Notes: generated from the letters alone by a model not told the origin. Positions 8,960-17,973 are shown, counted from the stretch's first letter. The stretch: DNA of 64,000 nucleotides from Clostridia bacterium (GCA_018648645.1 JABGQS010000013.1:2994-66993), one strand, 5' to 3'. Program-made: numbers and translations.

Positions 8960-8992
8960 AAAGTTTGAAACATAAAACAAGGAGATAGTAAA

Positions 8993-9787
8993 TTGAACAT
9001 TGTAGTATGTGTAAAGCAAGTACCCGGAACTAACGAAGTGAAAATGAACGAGGAAACCAATACCATCATCCGTGAAGGCATGGAGGCCATTATCAATCCT
9101 TTTGACACTTATGCCGTTGAAGAAGGCGTGCGTTTAAAGGAGCAGACGGATGGTAAGGTAACGGCGATAAGCATGGGAATTCCCTCTGTTGCCGACTTGT
9201 TAAAAGAGACGATCGGGCTTGGAGTGGACGAAGCTGTGCTGCTGAGCGATCGGACGTTTGCGGGTGCAGATTCGCTCGCGACCAGCTACGCTCTGGCTAA
9301 GGGTATCGAGAAGATTGGCGGCGTTGACCTCATTATCTGCGGCAAACAAGCAACGGACGGGGACACGGCGCAAGTCGGACCGAGCCTTGCAGAGAAGCTT
9401 GGTATCCCGCACACCACTTACGTGAAAAAGATTGAGGAAATCAGTGAGGGGTATATCCGCTGTGAGCGCATGACCGACGACGGGTACGAAGTGATCGAAA
9501 TGACGCTTCCCGCTGTCATCACTGTGGTCAAAGAGATCAACGAACCGCGGCTGCCCTCCATGAAAGGCATGATGCGCGCCAAAAAAGCGGTTGTGCAAGT
9601 ATGGACAGCGGACGATGTCGGCGCTGATAAAGCGCTTTGCGGTCTTGATGGATCGCCGACCCAGGTCGTCAAAACGTTCGTACCGGTGCACAACGTCAAC
9701 AGCGAAATGATCGAGGGCGAACCAAACGAGCAGGCAAAACGGCTTGCGGACGTGCTCATGTCGATGCAGTTTGAAACCGGCAATTAG
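8993..9787 (+). CDS. etfB: Electron transfer flavoprotein, beta subunit
   Basis: TTG start 8 nt after AAGGAG. N-terminus MNIVVCVKQVPG and DLIICGKQATDGDTAQVG. Confidence 0.9.
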   Translation: MNIVVCVKQVPGTNEVKMNEETNTIIREGMEAIINPFDTYAVEEGVRLKEQTDGKVTAISMGIPSVADLLKETIGLGVDEAVLLSDRTFAGADSLATSYALAKGIEKIGGVDLIICGKQATDGDTAQVGPSLAEKLGIPHTTYVKKIEEISEGYIRCERMTDDGYEVIEMTLPAVITVVKEINEPRLPSMKGMMRAKKAVVQVWTADDVGADKALCGLDGSPTQVVKTFVPVHNVNSEMIEGEPNEQAKRLADVLMSMQFETGN

Positions 9788-9802
9788 TGGAGGATATAAT
9801 AA

Positions 9803-10996
9803 ATGGCTGAAATAAGAATTATTGAAGATAAATGTGTCGGGTGTAAGCTTTGCGTTCCGGCCTGCCCGTATGATGCAATCAAAGTCGAAAACAAGATGGC
9901 AGAGATACTGCCTAATTGTGTTCTGTGCGGCTTGTGTGTACCGGCGTGTAAATTTGACGCGATTGATTTAACAAAGGATGATGCGGATGAGAAGAGCGAT
10001 TTGGACTCGTACACAGGCGTGTGGGTATTCGGAGAGCAAAAGGGCGGCATACTTGCGGGCGTTGGGCTCGAGCTACTCGGCGAGGGCAGAAGGCTTGCTG
10101 ACGAGCTTGGCGAAGAACTATCTGCTGTGCTGATAGGAGAAAATGTAGGTGACGCTGCTAAGCAGATGGTTGCGGGCGGTGCTGATAACGTATACGTCGT
10201 AGACCACGAATCGCTTAAGCTTTTTAACGATGAGTCGTATGCGGACGTCTTCGTGCAGCTTATCCAAAAACACAAACCCGAGATAGTGCTGATGGGAGCC
10301 TCTACCTATGGGCGTTCGCTCGCACCGAGAATCAGCTCGCGCATCAACACGGGATTGACTGCGGACTGCACCAAGCTGGAGATTGATCCTGAAAAGAAGA
10401 TACTTATGCAAACTCGACCTGCTTTTGGCGGCAACCTGATGGCAACGATCATCTGCCCGAACCATCGGCCGCAGATGTCAACCGTGCGACCAAAAGTCAT
10501 GAAACCGCTCGAGCCTGATTTCTCCAGGACGGGCAACATCGTTGCAGAGGATGTAACAATCCCGCAAAACCTTAGCGTCAAAGTTGTTGATGTCGTTTCT
10601 GAATTAACAGAAACGGTTAACTTGACCGAAGCTGATATAATAGTGTCGGGAGGCAGAGGCCTTGGTGACCCGAAGAACTTTGAGCTTCTTCACGAGCTTG
10701 CTATGCTGCTCGGCGGTGCCGTTGGATCTTCGCGTGCGGCGGTTGACGCAGAATGGATTTCGTACAGCCATCAAGTAGGACAAACGGGCAAAACCGTTGG
10801 ACCCAAAGTGTACTTTGCCTGCGGTATATCCGGTGCAATACAGCACCTTGCAGGCATGTCGTCATCCGACACCATCATCGCAATCAACAAAAACCCGGAC
10901 GCGCCTATCTTTAAGATAGCAACGTTCGGTATTGTCGGCGATGTATTGCAAGTCGTGCCAGAGCTAATCAAAGAGTTCAAAGCGCGACTGGGTTAA
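9803..10996 (+). CDS. etfA: Electron transfer flavoprotein, alpha subunit, with an N-terminal 2x[4Fe-4S] ferredoxin domain (CarE-like)
   Basis: GGAGGA RBS. CVGCKLCVPACP and CVLCGLCVPACK lie in the first ~55 aa. The C-terminal FAD site is PKVYFACGISGAIQHLAGM. Confidence 0.9.
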   Translation: MAEIRIIEDKCVGCKLCVPACPYDAIKVENKMAEILPNCVLCGLCVPACKFDAIDLTKDDADEKSDLDSYTGVWVFGEQKGGILAGVGLELLGEGRRLADELGEELSAVLIGENVGDAAKQMVAGGADNVYVVDHESLKLFNDESYADVFVQLIQKHKPEIVLMGASTYGRSLAPRISSRINTGLTADCTKLEIDPEKKILMQTRPAFGGNLMATIICPNHRPQMSTVRPKVMKPLEPDFSRTGNIVAEDVTIPQNLSVKVVDVVSELTETVNLTEADIIVSGGRGLGDPKNFELLHELAMLLGGAVGSSRAAVDAEWISYSHQVGQTGKTVGPKVYFACGISGAIQHLAGMSSSDTIIAINKNPDAPIFKIATFGIVGDVLQVVPELIKEFKARLG

Positions 10997-11010
10997 ACTT
11001 GAGTTAAACG

Positions 11011-11039
11011 GGCAGCGGAGCAAATCTGCTGCCTTTTTT
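11011..11039 (+). terminator. Rho-independent terminator of the acd-etfBA operon
   Basis: GGCAGCGGAGCAAATCTGCTGCC followed by TTTTTTG. Confidence 0.8.
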
Positions 11040-11163
11040 GTTGTCATTTTTTCGGAGTTTTATCGTGGTTCTGGTGTGGTTTGCCGTAACTAGTTAAAAA
11101 ATGTGCCCCAAAGAGGGCGTTTCTTTCAAATGAACACCTCGCGACATCTTGTCTGGGGCTTTC

Positions 11164-12831
11164 TTATGCCCTCTCCAGCGCAAACAACGCTGCGCCAATC
11201 GCGCCGCAAAGCTGCGCGTGCTCGCAGATATAAAGATTCGTCTCCAGTTTATCCTCCAGCGCTTTCACAACGCCGCGATTTTTGGCAACACCGCCGGTCA
11301 TTATGTAACCTTCCTGCGGCGAAACGCGATTCACCAGCCCGCCCACTTTGGATGCGACAGAGCTGTTCAGCCCATGCACAATATCCTCCAGCGCTTTGTT
11401 TTGCGCAACAAGCGAAACCACCTCTGACTCGGCGAATACGGTGCACATGCTGGAAATGGTAATGTCCTCTTCCCAATCAAGCCCGATCTCGCTAATCTGC
11501 TCCAGCGTAAGCCCAAGCGCTCTTGCCATCATCTCCAAAAATCGCCCTGTTCCGGCAGCGCATTTGTCGTTCATCACAAAGTTTTGGACCGCGCCTGTCT
11601 CGTCAATTCGGATGACCTTGCTGTCCTGTCCACCAATGTCGATTACGGTACGCGCCTGCGCAGAGAGAAAATGCGCGCCTGCCGCATGACAGGTAATCTC
11701 TGTTACGCTGTCGTCGCCGTCGGCAATATAATCGCGGCCATAGCCGGTCTTAACGATGACGCGAATGTCACTTCGAGACAGCGCTGCTTTGCTTAGCGCG
11801 TCGCTCAGCGCTTGCTCAGCGCTGTTGTTTGCGCCGCCGCCTGTCGGAGCGATTACGGTAGAGATGATATTCTCCGCAGTATCCATAATGACCACGTCGG
11901 TGCTGGCAGAGCCGCTGTCAATCCCCGCGACATAGCTTGTATTTGCAGGTGTCGGCACTTTTGCGACAACTTGGTTTGTATCAGCAGCGCCGGATAGTGT
12001 TTCCGCAAAGGCTTGTATTCGAGTTCTCAGCTGACCTTCGCTTTGGCGTGTATAATCGGTTTCCAGCTTCAAAATAGGAAGCGTGGTATCGCGCTTAAAA
12101 CCCACATATTCGAATTCATAGTAATCGCAGAACTTAATTGAGTGGTAAATGATTCCCTTCAAGTTCTTATCATCGAACAACTTGCACCGAATCTCTGGCA
12201 TCCCCATTCGCCCGCAAGGGAACTGGCTCAGCAGCGCGACGGCATAGGCGGTAAACATGTCTTCTTCAGACATATCGGCCATGGCCTTCGTGTCACAAGT
12301 AAACTCGCGGTTGCTCACGCAAGTGAGATTCCTTACGGGCAAGGGCATGAGGGAGCTAATCGTCTCCTCCAGCTGTTTGCCGACACGCACTCCTAAAATC
12401 CCCACATACGGCTCGCTCTCACTCGGCGCTGTCGGGGCAAAAGCATTTAGGAACGCTTCCTTATCAAAGGGTATGCCGGAGCTAGCTGCGTATTCGTTTT
12501 TTAAGCGTAGCAGTCTTTTCCCAAGCTCCTGCGCGGCACTATCGCTGTTTTGGTGGGGCAGATCAAGCATAAACAAAAAATCGCAGGCCTTCGTATCATC
12601 GATGACGTCATAAGCTCTGTTCATGGTGTCGCAGCAGTTGATCAAAATGAGCTCCTGCGTATCCTCGCTAAGAGTAGACTCCATCAGCGCCTTGCCAAAA
12701 CCACACAAATTAATGTGAGAAGCGCGTTCGGAAACCTCGAAGTTATCAGCCACTTCATCCAGCAGCGAGCACTCCTGAGAAAACCCGCTGAACAGCTCAA
12801 CCGGGGTATATTTGCACACATATTTTATCAT
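11164..12831 (-). CDS. Fusion protein: 2-hydroxyacyl-CoA-dehydratase-family (HGD-D) subunit plus a C-terminal BcrAD/BadFG-type ATP-dependent activase
   Basis: The N-terminal ~290 aa (MIKYVCKYTPVELF...CDYY) are HgdB-like. The C-terminal ~260 aa have an acetate/sugar-kinase fold (YVAGIDSGSASTDVVIMD, VIDIGGQDSK, NDKCAAGTGRFLE, MTGGVAKN). Its ATG overlaps the upstream stop (TAATG). Confidence 0.85.
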   Translation of the reverse strand: MIKYVCKYTPVELFSGFSQECSLLDEVADNFEVSERASHINLCGFGKALMESTLSEDTQELILINCCDTMNRAYDVIDDTKACDFLFMLDLPHQNSDSAAQELGKRLLRLKNEYAASSGIPFDKEAFLNAFAPTAPSESEPYVGILGVRVGKQLEETISSLMPLPVRNLTCVSNREFTCDTKAMADMSEEDMFTAYAVALLSQFPCGRMGMPEIRCKLFDDKNLKGIIYHSIKFCDYYEFEYVGFKRDTTLPILKLETDYTRQSEGQLRTRIQAFAETLSGAADTNQVVAKVPTPANTSYVAGIDSGSASTDVVIMDTAENIISTVIAPTGGGANNSAEQALSDALSKAALSRSDIRVIVKTGYGRDYIADGDDSVTEITCHAAGAHFLSAQARTVIDIGGQDSKVIRIDETGAVQNFVMNDKCAAGTGRFLEMMARALGLTLEQISEIGLDWEEDITISSMCTVFAESEVVSLVAQNKALEDIVHGLNSSVASKVGGLVNRVSPQEGYIMTGGVAKNRGVVKALEDKLETNLYICEHAQLCGAIGAALFALERA

Positions 12832-14102
12832 TATCGTCTGTCCTCCAACATCTCAAGATATGCTCCAAAGCGGGTAGCCATTTGACCGTCGCTACAGTTG
12901 GCAGGGTCTCCACCGTCGCCGTCAAGTATCAGCGTCGGATAACCCGCTTCCTCAAAGTCGCGCTTAAACAGCGCGGATGCGCCGAGCGTTCCCTTGCAGC
13001 CCCAGTGTGCGAACACGACAATGCCATCAGCCTTTGTCTGCTCTGCGACCTGCTGCGCGCGCTGTGCACGCAATTTATAGTCGCCGTTGTAGCACGAATA
13101 CACCATGCGATGAGCCATCGCTTCATACGGGTTCGTGGGATCGATGTGCATCATGCTGTCATAAACAAGGTCGCAGGCAACAATCCTGGCTCTGTCGGTA
13201 AAGCTCAGATACTTGTTTGCCGAGGGTTGCAAGAAAGGAATCATGTGCAGCCAAACAAGACGAATGGCGTCATTGCCCTTCGCTTTCTTAATGTCAGAGA
13301 GCATGCGACGAGCGTACGTTTCCGCTTTTTTTGTGCCCATCATAATGTGACCTGTGAATACCGCGTAAAGCTCGCTTGCGATATCGCTTTTCATGGCGTG
13401 GTCTGCTTGATATTTTAAGTGTTCCAAGTAATATTCGCTGGTGCGGTGACTTCTCTGCATGGCTTCTTGCAGCATATTGTCGGTAATTTTTTTGCCGGAA
13501 ACATCGGAAATAAACGTGACCATTTCCCTTAGCTGCCCGGCAACGTGCTGCACGGCGTCTTCGCTGCGCTCGTATGGAACCTCGACAAAGAAGCTCGGGA
13601 TCTTGAAGCGATTGATTAGATACGGAAAGCTGGTCATGTTGGCATCGCAAGCAAGATTCGTGTAGATAAGCATTTTTGGATTGGGCACGACGCCGCTGCC
13701 CATTGCCCCATGAAATATCCTATGGAAGGAGCACAGCGTTTTTGACGCGCCGTCCTCTTCCGCAGCGTCCAGGAACACCTGCTCTGCGTGAACACCACCC
13801 AGAAACCCCGAAAGCGCTTCAACAGAAAAAGGCGTAATCCCGGCGACGTTCAAAGGCTCGCTCGGAATGAAAATACTTACCATCGCGGATTTTTCCGGCG
13901 AGGATAGCGCATCGACCATCGTGGCAGTAATTTGCCTCGAGGCATAGCGATGACTAGGCGAGACTTTGCTGCTTGGAAGGACAGAGCCGGCCTGCTGAAT
14001 GCGACACGCGTTAATCAGTATTTTGCGCGCTTTGACCGGATCTTCCAATACAGCTTTCTGTATAAGTTGTCCAAACTTTTCTACTTGCTCTTCTCTATCC
14101 AT
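12831..14102 (-). CDS. 2-hydroxyacyl-CoA-dehydratase-family (HGD-D) large subunit; the double-cubane-cluster-protein family is an alternative
   Basis: AGGAG RBS. 423 aa with the family-typical C-terminus ...GIVVFAHWGCKGTLGASALFK. Translationally coupled to the fusion gene. Confidence 0.75.
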   Translation of the reverse strand: MDREEQVEKFGQLIQKAVLEDPVKARKILINACRIQQAGSVLPSSKVSPSHRYASRQITATMVDALSSPEKSAMVSIFIPSEPLNVAGITPFSVEALSGFLGGVHAEQVFLDAAEEDGASKTLCSFHRIFHGAMGSGVVPNPKMLIYTNLACDANMTSFPYLINRFKIPSFFVEVPYERSEDAVQHVAGQLREMVTFISDVSGKKITDNMLQEAMQRSHRTSEYYLEHLKYQADHAMKSDIASELYAVFTGHIMMGTKKAETYARRMLSDIKKAKGNDAIRLVWLHMIPFLQPSANKYLSFTDRARIVACDLVYDSMMHIDPTNPYEAMAHRMVYSCYNGDYKLRAQRAQQVAEQTKADGIVVFAHWGCKGTLGASALFKRDFEEAGYPTLILDGDGGDPANCSDGQMATRFGAYLEMLEDRR

Positions 14103-14665
14103 AACTGCTACTCCTATTATTCAAATGTGGTTTTGTACAGCTCTTTTTTGCAAGGTCGTTGCCGCTTCATTCGTCAAATAAAATATAAGCACAAATAATT
14201 CAAGCTCTCGATAGAAGAAAAAATGAGATACCCAAACAATTGAACCAACATTAACATAGCGTCCGCAATAGTGCAGCGTTCGCGTTAGTGTCTTGGTTGA
14301 CAATGCACAATATTTACTTTTTGTAGGGAAAGCAAGTTATAAATATAACAGTAATTAATAATAGCGTTTGCAGACTTGCACTTCCCCGTAAAACTTCCTT
14401 AATAGAACAAATTAATATACTTCATAATATCAAAAAAGAATAATATGTGCAAGGCAACAAATGCAAATATGAGTAATTGCAAACTAGATGTATCGTAAAA
14501 AAAGGCAGCTCGAAGGACAAAAAGGCGGTTGCATTAGGTGCAAACTCTCCACCATGAGACACCATTTACATGAACGCCATACAATTAATATGATGTTTAC
14601 CCTATCGTATTTAAGTTGATTCAGACATTATTCAATTTCGTGCATTGAAAGGTAAGCCGGGCTTA

Positions 14666-14694
14666 TTGACGAGCAAACATGATATGTATATAAT
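14666..14694 (+). promoter_or_regulatory. Sigma-70-type promoter for the Zn-ADH operon
   Basis: TTGACG, 17 nt, TATAAT. Implies a ~175-nt leader before ATG 14876. Confidence 0.55.
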
Positions 14695-14804
14695 ATATTC
14701 GGGTCACAAGCCATTTATTAATATGTACAACGAAACGGGGATTTCCCATCCGAAGAGGATTCTTGAAGCAATTGAAAAGCCGTACGATATGAAAACGGAT
14801 CAAG

Positions 14805-14832
14805 GCATGCACAAACCAAAGTATGTGTATGC
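14805..14832 (+). promoter_or_regulatory. Leader stem-loop followed by an A/T-rich tract (possible attenuator)
   Basis: GCATGCACA and TGTGTATGC form 9 bp with one G-U and a 10-nt loop, followed by TTAAATTATATTTTAAAT. Confidence 0.3.
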
Positions 14833-14875
14833 TTAAATTATATTTTAAATAAGCTTGGAGAAGAGGGTAGTTGAA

Positions 14876-15934
14876 ATGAGCAAAACAATGAAGGCGATAC
14901 GGATGTATGCGCCGAGAGATTTAAGGCTGGAGCAAGTGCCTGTGCCGCAGATACGGAAAGATGAAGTGCTGATCAAAGTGATGGCGGTGGGTATCTGTGG
15001 AAGCGACATTCCTCGCATCAACGAGCTGGGCGCATACATTTCGCCCATTACGCCCGGTCACGAGTTTGCCGGCGAAATTGTGCAAGTCGGCAGCGACATC
15101 AAGAATTTCAAAGCGGGCGATAGAGTAACCGTACCGCCGATATTGCCGTGCTTCCGGTGCGAGTATTGCGAGCAGGGGCATTACGCATTGTGCAAAGACT
15201 ACAAGTATTACGGGTCGCGCAACGACGGAGCGTTTGCGCAGTATTTGGCTGTGCCCGAGCCTAATCTATTAAAGATTGCCGACAACGTGACATATGAAGC
15301 GGCAGCAACAACCGACCCGCTTGCAAATGCTTTGCACGGTGTAAAGCGCAGCGGATTCAAACCGGGCGACAGCGCCTGCGTGGTAGGCTGCGGTGCTATC
15401 GGATTGTTTGCGTTGCAGTACATGAAAGCGAAGGGTGCAACAACTGTAGTTGCAGTCGACGTGAACGACAAGAAGCTCGAATCCGCCAAAAACTGCGGTG
15501 CAGACGTTGCGATAAACGGGCTTGACGACGATGTTGTTGAGCAGATAGCGGCGGCGACAGACGGCGGAGCGGACGTTGTAATCGACGCGTCAGGCTTTCC
15601 AATCGCACAGCACAACGCCATCATGGCGACAGCAAAGCACGGCACAACGGTGCTGCTCGGCATTTCGCACAAGCCGCTGGAGCTCTCGGAGAAGTGCGTA
15701 GACCAGCTCATGCGCGGCGAACAAGCGGTTGTCGGTTCGTGGAACTCGTTCAGCAGTCCTTTCCCCGGCTGGGAGTGGACGCACGGTGTAGAGTGCTTGG
15801 CAGACGGCACTATTGACGCAGAGAAAGTCATCACGCACAAGTTGCCGTTGGCGGATGTGCCGGACATATTCGACAAGATATACAAGAAGGAAATTTTCTT
15901 CAACAAGATATTGTTTCTGCCGTGGGTGGACTAA
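14876..15934 (+). CDS. Zn-dependent medium-chain alcohol/polyol dehydrogenase (sorbitol / galactitol-1-P dehydrogenase-like)
   Basis: Zn motifs GICGSDIPR and GHEFAGEIV, structural-Zn Cys cluster CFRCEYCEQGHYALC, Rossmann VVGCGAIGL. Confidence 0.85.
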   Translation: MSKTMKAIRMYAPRDLRLEQVPVPQIRKDEVLIKVMAVGICGSDIPRINELGAYISPITPGHEFAGEIVQVGSDIKNFKAGDRVTVPPILPCFRCEYCEQGHYALCKDYKYYGSRNDGAFAQYLAVPEPNLLKIADNVTYEAAATTDPLANALHGVKRSGFKPGDSACVVGCGAIGLFALQYMKAKGATTVVAVDVNDKKLESAKNCGADVAINGLDDDVVEQIAAATDGGADVVIDASGFPIAQHNAIMATAKHGTTVLLGISHKPLELSEKCVDQLMRGEQAVVGSWNSFSSPFPGWEWTHGVECLADGTIDAEKVITHKLPLADVPDIFDKIYKKEIFFNKILFLPWVD

Positions 15935-15935
15935 T

Positions 15936-16967
15936 ATGAAAGCATTTGTGTATCACGGCGAGACGAGCTTTAGCATGGACGAGGTAGCTGCGCCAACAGC
16001 GGGCAAAGGCGAGGCGGTGGCAAAGATACTGGCTGCGTCAATATGCGGCACGGATCTGCGAACATTCCGTTTTGGCAGCGCCAAGCTAGCTGCGCCGATT
16101 ACGGTTGGACATGAAGCGTGCTACGAGATTACGCAGGTCGGCAACGGCGTTGATCTGGAAGTGGGCGGACGGTATATCATAGCTCCGGCGATTGGCTGCG
16201 GTGGGTGCAAAAGCTGCAAAAAGGGACGCACCAACATGTGCGATACTTTGCAGACGATTGGGTTTCAATACCCGGGAACGTTTGCGGAGTACATCAAAAT
16301 ACCTGCAAAAGCGATTAACGGCGGGTATCTCATCAAAGTGCCGGACAGCGTTTCGGACAAAGCGGCGAGTGTGGTCGAGCCTGTCGCGTGTGCGATAAAT
16401 GCACAGAGCTTTTTGAACATCGAGCAGGGTGACAACGTCGTGATATACGGCGCGGGATACCTTGGGTGCATTCACGCCGAGCTCGCGATGATGCAGGGCG
16501 CAAGCGAAGTCATTATAGCAGAGATTTCCGAAAATCGCCGCAGCAAGGCGAAGCAGCTCGTGCCAAGTGCGCTGATTGTGGACTCGGGCAAACAGGGGTA
16601 TATGGACGAGATTAGAGACATCGTTGGCGACATGGGCGTTGACGTTGTAATCACGGCGTGCCCGGCCGGAATCACTCATAAGCAAGGTCTTGAGCTGTTG
16701 TACAAAAACGGGCGGATTAGCCTTTTCGGCGGGCTGCCGGGCGAGGACAACTATCATCTCGACAGCAACTTGATACATTACAAAGAGCTTGGCGTTTTTG
16801 GCGCACATGCCGGCACAGTAGCACAGAACAAGCAGGCGCTGGAGGCTGTGGAAAGCGGCAAGCTTGATGTGGCGAAGTATATAAGCGCGTTTGCGCTTGG
16901 TGACATAGAGAAAGCGTTTGCAGCGCTGATTGATGAGACTGCCGAGAAAGCGGTTGTTATTCCGTAA
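15936..16967 (+). CDS. Second Zn-dependent medium-chain dehydrogenase
   Basis: ATG lies 1 nt after the upstream stop; the listed ORF 15813 is an out-of-context extension. Motifs SICGTDLR, GHEACYEI, CGGCKSCKKGRTNMC, GAGYLG. Confidence 0.85.
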   Translation: MKAFVYHGETSFSMDEVAAPTAGKGEAVAKILAASICGTDLRTFRFGSAKLAAPITVGHEACYEITQVGNGVDLEVGGRYIIAPAIGCGGCKSCKKGRTNMCDTLQTIGFQYPGTFAEYIKIPAKAINGGYLIKVPDSVSDKAASVVEPVACAINAQSFLNIEQGDNVVIYGAGYLGCIHAELAMMQGASEVIIAEISENRRSKAKQLVPSALIVDSGKQGYMDEIRDIVGDMGVDVVITACPAGITHKQGLELLYKNGRISLFGGLPGEDNYHLDSNLIHYKELGVFGAHAGTVAQNKQALEAVESGKLDVAKYISAFALGDIEKAFAALIDETAEKAVVIP

Positions 16968-17013
16968 AGCAGGCTTGGGCAAAGGAGGATAGTGATTTAC
17001 GGTCTTTACGAGG

Positions 17014-17973
17014 CTAAACTTTTTTGTCGCTTTCTCTGATATTTGTGATTGATTCGTGCGTATTGGTCAGATATTTCTTTGTTTTATCGAAATTTCGCGA
17101 TGCATACATAGCATATAGAACATCAATCACGAGCAGCTGCGATATTTTCGATGTGGTGTTTTCCCACTTGTTTTCCTTTAAAGTATTGATTACGCTGTTG
17201 GATGACAAAAGTGTAATATCTGATATCTTTGCCAAAGGTGAGGAGGGGAAGGCTGTAATTCCGATGGTCCTGATTCCATTGTTCCGCGCGTGACGTATGC
17301 TGTCCAAGACGGTTTTGGAAGTGCCGGAGTTGCTGATGCCGATTACGACATCGTTCTTATTGAGAATGGATGACGAGATTAGCTGAACGTATCCGTCTCT
17401 CGGGAAAACGCACTTTACGCCGGCTCTGGTAAAGCGCATGATTGCCTCTTCTGCAGCAATGGCCGATGAGCCGATACCAGAAAAGACGATGTTTTCTGCC
17501 TGCTCAATTGTTTCTACACCCAGTAAATATTGCTTCGGATCTGCAAGCAGCATTGTTTCGTTAAGCATATTGATATTTCGATATATTAATTTGTCGAAAA
17601 TCATATTCAAATCATCTGTCTTAGATATGTCCTCGTATATATAATCCTGAACTTCTGCAGAGCCGGTACCTTTAGCGTCCTTGAAAGTTTCGGCGATTCT
17701 TATCTTTAGCTGTGGATAATTCGTTAAGCCAATTTCCCTTACAAATCGCGTCACTGTGGATTCGGACACGTCGCAGGCGCTGCTGAGTTGCTTGATTGTC
17801 AAAGATTTGCATTGATTGGGATTCGTGATTATGAAATCAGCGATTTTCTGCAGGGCAGGATTAAGCCCCGACATCCGCCGCTTTATAACGGTAATAACAT
17901 CCGGTTCGGTTGCGACCGCTCTTGAATAATCCTCAAGTATTCTATCGTTATTGACTTCATTCCTACTGTTCAC
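17014..17973 (-). CDS. RpiR-family transcriptional regulator (HTH_6 + SIS domain)
   Basis: GTG start 4 nt after GGAGGTG. HTH region LSSACDVSESTVTRFVREIG. SIS motif GIGSSAIAAEE...GISNSGTSK. Confidence 0.85.
   Translation of the reverse strand: MNSRNEVNNDRILEDYSRAVATEPDVITVIKRRMSGLNPALQKIADFIITNPNQCKSLTIKQLSSACDVSESTVTRFVREIGLTNYPQLKIRIAETFKDAKGTGSAEVQDYIYEDISKTDDLNMIFDKLIYRNINMLNETMLLADPKQYLLGVETIEQAENIVFSGIGSSAIAAEEAIMRFTRAGVKCVFPRDGYVQLISSSILNKNDVVIGISNSGTSKTVLDSIRHARNNGIRTIGITAFPSSPLAKISDITLLSSNSVINTLKENKWENTTSKISQLLVIDVLYAMYASRNFDKTKKYLTNTHESITNIRESDKKV

Noticed and set aside
11103-11462. + strand ORFs of 119 aa and 92 aa after the etfA terminator.
   Set aside because: They start downstream of a strong terminator, run antisense into the 3' end of the HGD-activase fusion gene, and are Arg/Pro-rich.
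14645-14836. A 63-aa + strand ORF in the long intergenic region.
   Set aside because: It has a TTG start without an RBS and it spans the predicted -35/-10 promoter elements of the ADH operon. Its composition is unremarkable. It is more likely leader RNA than a gene.
15813-15935. Long N-terminal extensions in the ORF track. Examples are 15813 (ADH2), 18136 and 18981 (transketolase), 25463 (zwf), 33587 (GH65), 35764 (otsAB), 49716 (fdhD), 51611 (Rieske) and 55861 (protease).
   Set aside because: The extensions overlap the preceding gene or lack an RBS, and they encode non-homologous, often Arg/Cys-rich sequence. Internal ATG or GTG codons preceded by AGGAG-type sites give products of canonical length.
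16086-16982. A 298-aa minus-strand ORF opposite the second Zn-ADH.
   Set aside because: A shadow ORF. The + strand product has complete Zn-ADH motifs, and the minus product is Arg-rich nonsense.
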